A stretch of DNA of 63,728 nucleotides, the filler included, from Octopus bimaculoides (Eukaryota), in assembly GCF_001194135.2 (NCBI RefSeq). It is 6 parts of 6 records of this genome, joined end to end, with 100 filler letters (N's around TTAATTAATTAA, not from the genome) between each part and the next. Parts side by side here need not be neighbours in the genome. Positions count along the whole stretch, not along the records: positions 8,832 to 21,880 come from NC_068981.1; positions 21,981 to 47,317 come from NC_069008.1; 4 more parts are not named here. The stretch is one strand, 5' to 3'. Of this stretch, positions 11,629 through 24,476 are shown one piece after another; within the stretch, counting starts at the first letter, position 1, and each line of letters opens with the position of its first letter. Both the position numbers and the translations under genes were made by a program. The notes beneath the pieces were generated by a model. The model was not told the origin of the DNA. It was given only the letters and a program-made list of their open reading frames with translations, and did not search any database.

Positions 11629-12636
11629 CAAATATTATTTATAACTAGTATAAATTCTAAGCATTTAGACAGGTTTCTCTTACTCAAATCATACAAATTC
11701 ACGAAATATATTTTGTAATAATTCTTTATTACAAACGTCAGCTCACTATATATTAGTGACATTTTAAGTTCTAAATTAAAATGCTCCTGTCGTGCCTGAT
11801 ATAACCATTACCGAATCGCAAAATTTAACAATCTGTACGCTACATTAAATCTTAAAATCAAATTTTCTGGAGCCACTCCACAGCAAATATTCGTACTACT
11901 CACCAACAAAAGTCAAATTACCTCACTAGAGCGTGGGATACATAAGGAAGAGAACGATGTATATATNNNNNNNNNNNNNNNNNNNNNNNNNNNNNNNNNN
12001 NNNNNNNNNNNNNNNNNNNNNNNNNNNNNNNNNNNNNNNNNNNNNNNNNNNNNNNNNNNNNNNNNNNNNNNNNNNNNNNNNNNNNNNNNNNNNNNNNNNN
12101 NNNNNNNNNNNNNNNNNNNNNNNNNNNNNNNNNNNNNNNNNNNNNNNNNNNNNNNNNNNNNNNNNNNNNNNNNNNNNNNNNNNNNNNNNNNNNNNNNNNN
12201 NNNNNNNNNNNNNNNNNNNNNNNNNNNNNNNNNNNNNNNNNNNNNNNNNNNNNNNNNNNNNNNNNNNNNNNNNNNNNNNNNNNNNNTATATATATATATA
12301 TATATTTATCAGTTGAATAAAGTTAAAGCATGATCTATGGTATTTTAACGTTAAAAAAATATTTTGTAATGCTAATAAATTTAAATTATCACTTTCATAC
12401 ATAGAGTAATGATCAAATTTCAAATGTGTTTAATTGACAGTTGAGTTCTTGACAATTTGAGTACTTCTTAGAACGCTTCAACAAGCTGAATATTTAGAAT
12501 ACGGTTTTAAACAATCCGCATGCATCTCAAACATCACAGTTGGCCAGGCGTACCACCGTTCTGTAATTTGTTTATATTTACAAGCTAGAGATATTTTGGA
12601 AATCCACATCATTAACTGGTTGTTATGTTATTGTTG

Positions 12637-13065
12637 TTATTTCCGTTCAGAACAGCTTTGAACATTTTAATAAAGGGGTTTTTTTCTTTTATATTTCTTT
12701 CAACCTCACTTGTGTCAGGTAGCTTGTGGAAAAAAACAATTAGAAACATTTTCTGACCCCCTGTCTCTATATATTCACCAATGGAATTTGGCGGATTTGC
12801 TGTTTATTGACTTGTGAGCGTTCCAGTAATGCATTCCCTGTCTCACCTATATGTAATTCCTCGCAGTTCGGGCATTTAATGCAGTAGATCAAATTTCTGC
12901 TTTTGCAGTTCATATCTGCATTTCAGAAAATCTGTCTACTTTCTGTTGTAATGGATCTACCAATTTGCATGAATTGACACATTCCACATTTGTTTTCATT
13001 ACACTTAGATATTGTTAAATGCTTTCTCCTGTTTGCTCATATTGAATTTTGCCTTTGTTAATATA
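12637..13065 (-). mobile_element. Penelope-like element GIY-YIG endonuclease relic
   Basis: LTKAKF...SKCNENKCGMC (linker knuckle)...NADMNCKSRNLIYCIKCPNCEELHIGETG...ER..V.KQQIRQ, with frameshifts. Confidence 0.8.
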
Positions 13066-13303
13066 GTATAGTCGTCCATTGTACTAAGCAGTGTTACTAG
13101 ATATGATATACACAGTACAGGTAGTGTAAAATTAAAGTAAACTCCTTTCTAATTATTTAGATAAGCTCCAATATATAGCAACCAAATACCTTTCACTATA
13201 ACAGTTATTTAGAAGACATTTTTGGAATGTTCCAAGTGTATTTGTAATAAAGAATTCCCTTGATGCTCCATTGTGGTCCAGCAAGTAAACACATATTCAT
13301 ATA

Positions 13304-13539
13304 CAGTAATCTCTCGCCATATCGCGGTTCACCTATCGCGATACTCATATCGCGATTTATTATTTAACCTTAGATCGATTCCTGTGTGGTGTTGTTTGGC
13401 ATTTATAATACAATACATATATACGATTTATAAAAATAATTTTAAAAATATACTGTACAGTACTGTTTCTACTTATTGGATTTTCATCTATAGTGGGGGG
13501 ATTTAGAAGGTAACACCCGTGATAGTCGACAGATTAGTG
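13304..13539. mobile_element. pogo/Tigger-type MITE
   Basis: Imperfect TIRs cagtaatctctcgccatatcgcgg / cccgtgatagtcgacagattagtg, with TA on both flanks. Confidence 0.7.
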
Positions 13540-13652
13540 TATGTATGCATGTATGTATGTATATATATATATATATATATAATACCTGCATATACATACA
13601 TACACACACACACACATATATATATACATATGCATATGTGGGTTGCATGTAC

Positions 13653-13685
<33 letters not shown>

Positions 13686-13712
13686 CGTGTGTACGTGTAT
13701 GTGTGTGTGTGT

Positions 13713-13747
<35 letters not shown>

Positions 13748-16161
13748 CGTTGATCAGAAACTACAACTTCATTGATAATACTCCGGATTTCCTCTTGTCA
13801 AATATCGTTCTGCTATGGAAATTCGGAAATAGTTATACCGGATTATATCTGACCGATTTCCTGGCCGTTATAATGAATGAAAGTAGAAATACCATTAATG
13901 AAAGTATACTACACTTGATAAATGCTTCATGTCATGGTATAATGTGTGTGCTTCATGTAGCACTAGTATAATAATAATAATAATATAAAACATACGTAGT
14001 AATTTTTGTTAAATAAAGTCACATTATGTGAAACAATACAGAATCTATCTTCGCATATGCATGATTTGGATTACGTAATATTCTGAAACAACTTTGTGGA
14101 TATACGCACAAATATAGATATGTTATATATGGTGAAATATAGACGACTACCAATGTTAACACGTAGTGAATTTGAACCAGAGACCTCGAACTTTCGAAGT
14201 GAAATTTTTAATCAATCTGCTATTCTGCGTGTACATCATATAATTGAAGTTAGTCTGTTATATTTCCTAGGTAGACTCATTTTCTCAATTCGGATTTTTG
14301 CAAGGTGGATTCCTGTTTTCCAGAGATCATTAATATGACAGAGAAATATTTTGGAAAAATGCAGTTACAAATAAGAGGAAGTATTATGTTATTATTGTCT
14401 ATAATATTCCTGTGGAAAATATTACTTGAACTGGAAAGGGTTGATGGACCTCGAAAACTTGCGTAAATAAAGTTGCTGACATAAGATGTATTGTTATTTA
14501 ACTGTTGATTGGATCCATGATATATCAGATGTTGTTATGATATTACATTTAAGAAGCTTATGATGGTAAGTACTTGAAACTCTAACTAAAAGCCGTAGTG
14601 TATCATAAATATGCGGCTTATGGTTACAATACAGTCATTTCATTTTATTATAAATGTCAAGCCGTTATTATAGAGATAATTATGAAAAACATTACAGAAT
14701 ATCTCCTTTATCTGAAGATGAGTAGATAATCGGTTGCTCTATAATGTGGAATAAATATTATTGGGTTTTAAATCCTTATTTATATAAAATAGCCTTGTAT
14801 TAGTTCGGTAATTTTAAAATGTTCTTTTCTAAACTTCATGCGGTACCTTTGAAATGAACTGCGCTAGTATTATGACATGATGATCTTTGAAGAAGATTTG
14901 CTTTCGTAATGCACCAGATTCATTACACATTAAGCTTTGCTTGACAGTAACCCAATCCACTCATTAAAAATCTCGCCGAATCACAAAAAGAAACATATAA
15001 AAGCGTTAAAATCAATGAATTCCAATAACTTCACACAATTCTGCAGGGTGTTGTCCTTCCATGAAAAAACTGAACAATTCGTTTTTTTAAAGTAAGTTTA
15101 GTTATCAAGAAACAAACTAGCTATTCTTATGTGCATAACGACTTTCGCATCAAAGTCCCTGTTAGATACAACAATAGTGAGCAATAGTAAAACATTTAGC
15201 GGGAAGTAGTTATTTTAGCTGTTTAGAAATAAAGGATATGAAATTCTGTGAATACATGCTCTTCTTGGTCATAAGTTTGGAACATATGTTTGAATATTAG
15301 AACTTTTTTCATTAAATGTTCAAAGTTATATTTGAATCGAATAGTATTTGGGCATAACAATTCTAATTAAGAAAAAAAACTTCCGAATTTTGGCCACGTC
15401 TCTACATTATTCTCTTACAATGGATCTGTTTTTTTTTTTCCATAAACGGAGAGAAATATATCTTGTTCTAAATAAAATGGATTTCAAAATGTGCATGCTG
15501 TATACGCCTATTTAGATCATTCCGTCATTTATTACTCGTGAATTCGAATATTCATAGTTTTTGCATAATACATAATGTACGCAGAAGAATAAGCTGGAGA
15601 ACTGTTAGCATGCTGGGTAAAATGCTTAGTGGCATTTTGTCCTTCTTTGCATATTGAGTTCTATCGCCAACGACAATTACTTTGCCTATCATCATTTACT
15701 GGGGCTGATAAAATAAGTGCTAGTTGAGCACTGTTGTCGAAGATATCGTTGATGCTGAAACAATATATTTAGCTACAAAAAGTTTGCATTGGCGCAGCGT
15801 TGTTGTTATAACAATGTAAGGGGAACGAACGACAATCTTTTGTACGTGTTTGAGTTATAGTCATGAAGTCCGCTTTTGTCGAGTTTCCAAGAGCTTACAT
15901 ATTAACAGCATTGGAAATTGTGTTTCAAATATGTAGATGGCTTAGTCTCTTTGCTAGCATTTTCATGTTAAAATGCAGAATATGCATGACTCCTCTGAAC
16001 TCATTACTTTAACATTAAGTGCATTCCGTGTATTTTTCGACAACAAACGTGTTCTCAATGAGGAATATGAGGTGATACTTTTGTCAGGTAGACAAAGCTA
16101 AGACATTTGACAAATAAATATTTAGATACTGTCCTTACGGTATTATCACATTTTCTGCGGA

Positions 16162-16207
<46 letters not shown>

Positions 16208-16310
16208 TATAAATTTGTAAATAAACACGAAGGCTGTAAAATACGGAGAAACCCGACCATATAGGTCTATTTATAATAACTGTAAGTATATATTATTTAC
16301 ATTAAATATA

Positions 16311-16484
16311 TATGTTCCATTTAGAGCGACTAAACCTGAAATATTGGCTGATAAATGATGGGAAGAACCATTGGGATTTGAACACAACATCAATATTTAT
16401 ACAGCTCCGTGCGCACCCAATTTTCCACATAGCTCACCCAATTTCAGCCAGTTGTTTAGGTCTAGTCGCTCTAAATGGAGAATA
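16311..16484. mobile_element. MITE with ~40-bp imperfect TIRs
   Basis: tccatttagagcgactaaacctgaaatattggctga is the inverse of tcagccagttgtttaggtctagtcgctctaaatgga. AT-rich flanks. Confidence 0.75.
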
Positions 16485-19448
16485 TATCTGGCTGGCCGCA
16501 AAAATTATAAGCTAAGAGCAATAAATTTTTTGGAAGAGAGCAAGCGAATGTGTACAACCACAAAGACCAAAAAATACGGAGAAAATGTTACACATTTCAA
16601 ATACAAACATCAAGAAGGTAGCAGCAGGTGTCTTTCGTCCAGTAAAGACAAATCAAGTTGAGCTGGCATGTATAGAGTGAAAGCCATAAGGCAGGGACGT
16701 AAGAGATGAAAATAAGATATGAAAATCCTGAGATAGGAATATAAGAGATGCTTGGAGCGAAGAAAGAAAGATCATGCTTGGCCGAACACGAGGAACGTGG
16801 AAGGAAAGGAGAAAGGTTGGGTCAGAAGGATTGAAGAATTAGGGGAAGAACGAGAAAGAGAGGAAATCAAAGGAACACAGAGAAAGGTACAAAGGAGGAT
16901 AACGTAGAGGGAATGTAGGGAGGTTAAGGGAAGAGATGGCCACGATTAATGAGAGAGGAGAAGCGAGAAAAAGAAAAGAGGAAAGAAAGAATTCAGGAGG
17001 CGAACTAAAAGAGTCATGCAGAATTTAGATACATACTTCCATACAAGGTGAGCCGCTATATGTATATTTAAATTTTTAAAAAAGAATGCAAGAGACCACA
17101 ATANNNNNNNNNNNNNNNNNNNNNNNNNNNNNNNNNNNNNNNNNNNNNNNNNNNNNNNNNNNNNNNNNNNNNNNNNNNNNNNNNNNNNNNNNNNNNNNNN
17201 NNNNNNNNNNNNNNNNNNNNNNNNNNNNNNNNNNNNNNNNNNNNNNNNNNNNNNNNNNNNNNNNNNNNNNNNNNNNNNNNNNNNNNNNNNNNNNNNNNNN
17301 NNNNNNNNNNNNNNNNNNNNNNNNNNNNNNNNNNNNNNNNNNNNNNNNNNNNNNNNNNNNNNNNNNNNNNNNNNNNNNNNNNNNNNNNNNNNNNNNNNNN
17401 NNNNNNNNNNNNNNNNNNNNNNNNNNNNNNNNNNNNNNNNNNNNNNNNNNNNNNNNNNNNNNNNNNNNNNNNNNNNNNCACACACACACACACAAATGCA
17501 TGCACGTATGCAATCTAAACGAATACTACCTTGGTCACTATATATGCGTATTATATATTTCCATGCGTTACACCGATCAGAACTTTCTTTTTCTTTGTAA
17601 ATTATCATAAAGGGATGAATTGTAACCGGCACCTCCTTTAAGAGATACAACTTGTACTATCTCGCCTTTAGAAACATCCCAATGTTGACCATCCAGTCAT
17701 TTGTGAAAATGACAAACTAGAATGATTATGTATTGAATTTTACGCTAAGTCTCGATTTCCTTTTGTCCTTGTGACGATAATTCACTAACATATAATGGAC
17801 TCGAAGTAGATTATTACCAAATAGATTTTTGAAATTTCTCCCGATACTCATTTACAGGAAATTGTCACGATTTGTAGTTAACTGAAATATTCCAAAACTT
17901 TTGGCATTATGTGATACATGAATAACATTATGTGTATTTGAAATATATTTTCCTACATACATTTGCAGATACAAATTAATGCTATATAAAATGCTACCTA
18001 ATAATCGGTGATTAATTAAATGTATTCGGTATATATATAACCGTTTCGACTACAAACGGTTATATATATACATTGATCGCTAAAACGCTGTTATTGATAT
18101 CAGTTCAGAAAACGATGCTGTATTAGTTAATGAACTATAAATTTCATTAACGTGCATAAATATGTGGAGATGTTTCTAGAGCATGGAACATTACATAGGC
18201 CAATCAGTAGGTAACTATGATCGTGGTGTGTGTTTGTTGCTCTATGTATGCTTGTAAGTGAAATAAAATAACAGAGACATAAAGACACTGAAAATATAGC
18301 AAAAGAGAAAACTGCCCATATATCACAACACCTCTGTACACACATACATTTGTGTGTGTGTGTGTGTGTGCGTGTATGCATGTAAATGTGTATGTATATA
18401 TTTGTATATTCATATATATATATNNNNNNNNNNNNNNNNNNNNNNNNNNNNNNNNNNNNNNNNNNNNNNNNNNNNNNNNNNNNNNNNNNNNNNNNNNNNN
18501 NNNNNNNNNNNNNNNNNNNNNNNNNNNNNNNNNNNNNNNNNNNNNNNNNNNNNNNNNNNNNNNNNNNNNNNNNNNNNNNNNNNNNNNNNNNNNNNNNNNN
18601 NNNNNNNNNNNNNNNNNNNNNNNNNNNNNNNNNNNNNNNNNNNNNNNNNNNNNNNNNNNNNNNNNNNNNNNNNNNNNNNNNNNNNNNNNNNNNNNNNNNN
18701 NNNNNNNNNNNNNNTATATATATATATATAAACACGCAAACGCAGCAGACATATGTGTGTGAATGTGCGTGTGTATTCATGTATCAAGGTATGTACGTAC
18801 ACGTATTCGTTTTCGTGAATATAGACTTGTATAGGTAGTTTATGTTAGCGAATAATTGAGAAAGTATAGATGGTTGACATATTGGTTTTAAGTTTGATTC
18901 CGGCTTTCCTATCACTTCCTTTGTTTCAATGAAATTGTATGAAAATGTGTTTGTTAGAAATCTTTCTATTGTAAGCAGCTAGGATGCAATTTCTGCATGA
19001 CTTCACACAATCCATATACGAATGCTTAAACGTCAGTCTCAATAAACACCAATCTGGCTTACAGAACTTGCCGAAATCTGATGATGCTATACAAATATTT
19101 TCTATTCATTCTACCGTAAGCTCCCTATAGACCCAAATATTTGAGAGGAACGAAGTTAAATGTAAGCGGTCTCTGCAAGAGCAGTGTCTATGCTCAAGTA
19201 TTGATCCACGCATTCGACATGTTGAGAGCTGACCAATTACTAATTCAAGTGATGTATACATTAACGTTTTATTGAAGTTTCATAGAAAAACTTCCATAGA
19301 TGCATTCAGAATCTATAAAAGTATGTATTTTCCTATTCATAAGATAGGAGAACTGACCTGCAACAATTTACATTTAATACACACAGACACGCGCACTCGC
19401 ACACACACACACAACCAAACACACACACACACACGCACACACGCACAG

Positions 19449-19503
<55 letters not shown>

Positions 19504-20335
19504 TTCAAAAAAACAAAAACATAAAAAACAACAAAGTGAGGACGTGATACGGATAGTGTTATTGGACGCTCAGGAAAGGAAACACACATATGTATATATA
19601 CACATACATTGTTTTTTATTCTTTTATTTTCTTATTTGTTTCAGTCCATGCTGGAGTATTACCTTAAGTTGAACAAATGCCGCCCCAGCACGTATTCTGT
19701 AAACCTAGTACTTATTCTATCGNNNNNNNNNNNNNNNNNNNNNNNNNNNNNNNNNNNNNNNNNNNNNNNNNNNNNNNNNNNNNNNNNNNNNNNNNNNNNN
19801 NNNNNNNNNNNNNNNNNNNNNNNNNNNNNNNNNNNNNNNNNNNNNNNNNNNNNNNNNNNNNNNNNNNNNNNNNNNNNNNNNNNNNNNNNNNNNNNNNNNN
19901 NNNNNNNNNNNNNNNNNNNNNNNNNNNNNNNNNNNNNNNNNNNNNNNNNNNNNNNNNNNNNNNNNNNNNNNNNNNNNNNNNNNNNNNNNNNNNNNNNNNN
20001 NNNNNNNNNNNNNNNNNNNNNNNNNNNNNNNNNNNNNNNNNNNNNNNNNNNNNNNNNNNNNNNNNNNNNNNNNNNNNNNNNNNNNNNNNNNNNNNNNNNN
20101 NNNNNNNNNNNNNNNNNNNNNNNNNNNNNNNNNNNNNNNNNNNNNNNNNNNNNNNNNNNNNNNNNNNNNNNNNNNNNNNNNNNNNNNNNNNNNNNNNNNN
20201 NNNNNNNNNNNNNNNNNNNNNNNNNNNNNNNNNNNNNNNNNNNNNNNNNNNNNNNNNNNNNNNNNNNNNNNNNNNNNNNNNNNNNNNNNNNNNNNNNNNN
20301 NNNNNNNNNNNNNNNNNNNNNNNNNNNNNNNNNNN

Positions 20336-20394
<59 letters not shown>

Positions 20395-21842
20395 ATATAT
20401 ATATACACACACGCACACACATACACATATATATATACATATATTTATACTGTATATATAGAGATAGTATATATATATATATGTATATACGCACATGTAT
20501 ATAGAACGAAGGGCTGTATGTATAGAACGTAGGGCTGTCCACGTACTCTATGATTCAGTATGAATGAGCTTCTAGTAGTCCATATTTTCTAAATTCTTCG
20601 ACGATCATTTTTGATATTATGTGCCCCCGTCACTGAATTTTGTGAACAATTAATCCCTTAAACCTGTTTTCTACTTCGCAAATTTAAATTGCTACAATCC
20701 CATTCTTTTATATACGTTTACCCCATTGATAAACAAAAATTTCTTGAAAACATTTTGGCATGTATGTAAATAAGTTTTTCAAGTTCAGGTGCATTTTCAA
20801 AGAAAAATTCTAATGTGTGTGTGTGTGTGGTGTGTATGTGTGTATATATGTCTGTGTCTGTATGTGTTATTACTGTGTGTGTGTTTGTCTGTCTGTCTGT
20901 GTATGCGTGTACACATTGGCATTTCAGACTTCATTTACAGCCGAAAATGAACTGAAACCACTTTTTCTGAGTTATATACAAAATTATAATCCTCAATATG
21001 TTGCTGTGCAATTTGCACAACTTAAGTAGAAAAGAAGTATACATTGTGTCAGACGTAGATGTAATAATATAAACAGTATCGATGTCGCATGTGTGCTTGT
21101 TTAATCGACTTTAAGCTACGGTACTTTGCCCAGGGTGAGTCCCTTTGGAGATGTGGAATATTCGAAAAACAGTATACCTCAAAAACCAGCGAATCGAATC
21201 GTTCCGGTGGTGATCGATAACGACACATATCGATATTTTTCTGTTGTTTAAGTTAATTGGTTCCGCATATTCGAGTCACTATGTAAACGATTTCAAATCA
21301 CTAGCCTGGCGTATATATTTTCTTCCAGCATAAAATTCACCTCTTCAAATCGCAATAAATTGGTAAGAAACATTGAAATAAATAAAATAAAATTTTGATA
21401 ATAAGAGTTCATATATTTTTCTTAAATGATATAGTGCTATATTTCGTGTCCTGCTTGTTGCTGTTCCTTCTTATCCTGGTAGTTGCTACTTTTAACAACC
21501 AAAAAGACAAGAAATACAGAAACAAGTGATTTCATAAGAAAAATATGTGTACTTGCAAAACTGATATTATGAAATAATAATTTATTCCAATTTTCTTTCC
21601 ATTTAATTCCGGCATGAAGAGATCATCTTAAATGGCCGAAACAGCTGTATATTTCCTTTCCAATTTCCTTGATAAGTTTTCTCAGAATTTTCATTTCCTT
21701 CTTAGTTTTCAATGTATATCTACTCGTGTGTAACAGGTATATGTGTGTGTAAATGTGTGTGTGTATGTTTGTGTATGTGCACTTGCGTGCATGGGTATAC
21801 ATGTATTTATACAGGCATGGAGGCATAGTGGACGTTAAACGA

Positions 21843-21880
<38 letters not shown>

Positions 21881-22671
21881 NNNNNNNNNNNNNNNNNNNN
21901 NNNNNNNNNNNNNNNNNNNNNNNNTTAATTAATTAANNNNNNNNNNNNNNNNNNNNNNNNNNNNNNNNNNNNNNNNNNNNAAAGGAAAATAGGACATCTA
22001 TGGACAACTGCTTCGAAACCTGCAGCTTCTATGTCCAGATTATGAATTTATATTCATACCAAAAATAATTGGAGCACTAGGTTTTGTTAGTAAATGCTTA
22101 AAGGAAAATCTGGNNNNNNNNNNACTGGGATTTTCAGAAAGAGAAATCGATCGGCTAATTCGTATATTACAAGGGCAATCTGTGAGTGGAACATTAAAAA
22201 TATGCAAGACTTTTCTCAAGTTCTAAATGTGAATTTNNNNNNNNNNNNNNNNNNNNNNNNNNNNNNNNNNNNNNNNNNNNNNNNNNNNNNNNNNNNNNNN
22301 NNNNNNNNNNNNNNNNNNNNNNNNNNNNNNNNNNNNNNNNNNNNNNNNNNNNNNNNNNNNNNNNNNNNNNNNNNNNNNNNNNNNNNNNNNNNNNNNNNNN
22401 NNNNNNNNNNNNNNNNNNNNNNNNNNNNNNNNNNNNNNNNNNNNNNNNNNNNNNNNNNNNNNNNNNNNCATGTGTCAAGAAATTACACTCACAAGGTATT
22501 GTTTGATGTACTCCCGCGGCATTGAGCTTTAGCTGACCGCATTCACGCAGTGGTTCTGAGTCCTTGACCACCTCTGCTCAATCAAGAATAACTTGGGGGT
22601 GGAGATTAAGCAACAACAACAACAATAACAACAATAGTCACATTAGTATTCAGTGTCCAATTAGACGATTG

Positions 22672-22677
22672 TTTATT
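22672..22677 (-). promoter_or_regulatory. Polyadenylation signal AATAAA of the CAP-ShKT gene
   Basis: AATAAA about 130 nt downstream of the stop codon on the minus strand. Confidence 0.6.
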
Positions 22678-22806
22678 AGCATCTTACAGAAGATTTCGTT
22701 TCGTTAAGTATTTGCAACTAGTGTTACAAATTTAAAAAATCTACTCTGCGACTGAAGGACTTAGATTCTTCTTGCCTAACCAAAGACCGTCAATGTCACT
22801 TCTGCT

Positions 22807-22919
22807 TCAGCAAGTCCTACATGATTTCCTGCAGTTCGTTCTCATATAATTTGGGTTATTGTTGCATTCTCCCATATCTGCCCACATTTTGCAGCTCTCG
22901 TTAAGGTCAGGACAAGGAT
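22807..22919 (-). CDS. Terminal coding exon, ShKT (ShK toxin-like) domain of a CAP/CRISP-like protein
   Basis: Acceptor ttttaatttctttttaaag|AT, phase 1. (D)PCPDLNESCKMWADMGECNNNPNYMRTNCRKSCRTC* has the 6-Cys ShKT consensus C..C.WA..GEC..NP.YM..NC.KSC..C. Confidence 0.92.
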
Positions 22920-23555
22920 CTTTAAAAAGAAATTAAAAGTCGTTTCACAGTACTATTAATAGAATTACCAGGCTGAATGAAATTCTTTTATCTCAATATT
23001 TCAATTCTTTCTAATGTATTTACTTAGAATTTCATTATTTCATACTGTGTTTGTGTATGTGCGCACGCAATGCAACTGAGATGATTCCTCTTTGTTCCCT
23101 TAGTATTTGNNNNNNNNNNNNNNNNNNNNNNNNNNNNNNNNNNNNNNNNNNNNNNNNNNNNNNNNNNNNNNNNNNNNNNNNNNNNNNNNNNNNNNNNNNN
23201 NNNNNNNNNNNNNNNNNNNNNNNNNNNNNNNNNNNNNNNNNNNNNNNNNNNNNNNNNNNNNNNNNNNNNNNNNNNNNNNNNNNNNNNNNNNNNNNNNNNN
23301 NNNNNNNNNNNNNNNNNNNNNNNNNNNNNNNNNNNNNNNNNNNNNNNNNNNNNNNNNNNNNNNNNNNNNNNNNNNNNNNNNNNNNNNNNNNNNNNNNNNN
23401 NNNNNNNNNNNNNNNNNNNNNNNNNNNNNNNNNNNNNNNNNNNNNNNNNNNNNNNNNNNNNNNNNNNNNNNTTTAAACTGCTTCTGGAAGTAGAACTTTG
23501 CTTCAGGAATTCTAAGGTTTTGAGGAGAGTGGAATCACCTGTTATCCATCATCTG

Positions 23556-23775
23556 AAGGCGCGTGGCTTAGTGGTTAAGGTAATGGATTCATGATCGCAA
23601 GATTGTAGTTTTGATTCCTGGGCCGGGCGACACATTGTGTTCTTGTACAAAACACTTTATTTCACGTTGTTCCAGTTTACACGGCAAAAATAAGTAATCC
23701 TGCGACAGACTGGTGTCCAGTCCACGAGGGGAACATATACGCCATGCAAACCGGGAAACCGGCCCTTATCAGTCG
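23556..23775 (+). mobile_element. tRNA-derived SINE
   Basis: A box TGGCTTAGTGG and B-box-like gttttgattcct, followed by a conserved SINE body. Confidence 0.75.
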
Positions 23776-23839
23776 ATATGATTCGAGAAGGTAAATTTAC
23801 CTTACTTTTGATAGCCACCATTGTTTCCAGTTCTACCCC

Positions 23840-24262
23840 GACCCGCAGTGGAAGCATCTGTTAGGGTCTCAGGTATGGCTTAATTAGCACATTAGGGCTT
23901 GCCTACCTGTGCTTGTGAAAGACTGAATCTGGCAGACTCTACAGAAGAAGCCTTCATGGTTCCAAGGCGGGAAAGATGGCTGCAACAATGTATTATGCAA
24001 TACAGAGANNNNNNNNNNCGGGAAAGATGGCTGCAACAATGTATTATGCAATACAGAGAGCAAGATGAGCCAAGCCAGACATCTTGGTCATCCACTACAT
24101 CCGTCTCCATCCCCAGTCGTCTTGACCTCGTCTTGCCACTGGACTGAAGATANNNNNNNNNNACAGTGAGGTTGATGGTGTGCAACTTTTCTTCACTTCA
24201 AAGTCGCTGTGCAAGTCATCGGTCATCCTTAACGATGACTGAATGGTCCTCGTCTCTCCGAC
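23840..24262 (+). mobile_element. Probable RTE-clade LINE 3' UTR fragment
   Basis: GC-richer block (ccagtcgtcttgacctcgtcttgccactggact...gtgaggttgatggtgtgcaac...gtgcaagtc) resembling recalled RTE 3' ends. Contains a gap-overlap duplication. Confidence 0.5.
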
Positions 24263-24344
24263 GAAATATGTATATGTATATATAAAAGTGTACGCGTGTG
24301 TAACTTAGCCATGGTGTCAGCGTTCACATAGCTTGAGATTGCCA

Positions 24345-24476
24345 GGCTGTCGTTTCGATGTTTCTATGGGGAGCTACAGCGGGGATGAGATCGCCGACCT
24401 CGTCGGGTTATTTATCTTGGATACCCTCAAGAAAAGCATTCACCCACACAAGTCGGCCCTTTCCAGGGACGACGGA
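24345..24476 (+). mobile_element. Naiad-type PLE reverse transcriptase fragment (motifs B'-C)
   Basis: FDVSMGSYSGDEIADLVGLFILDTLKK...LSRDDG versus family pattern FDV.MGSYDGAE.CELVGL.IL..L...GLYRDDG. Confidence 0.8.

Noticed and set aside
14705-14760. Possible further HHRs (14712 +, 12450-12480 -, 2705 +)
   Set aside because: The GAAA half or the CUGANGA core is too degraded to call.
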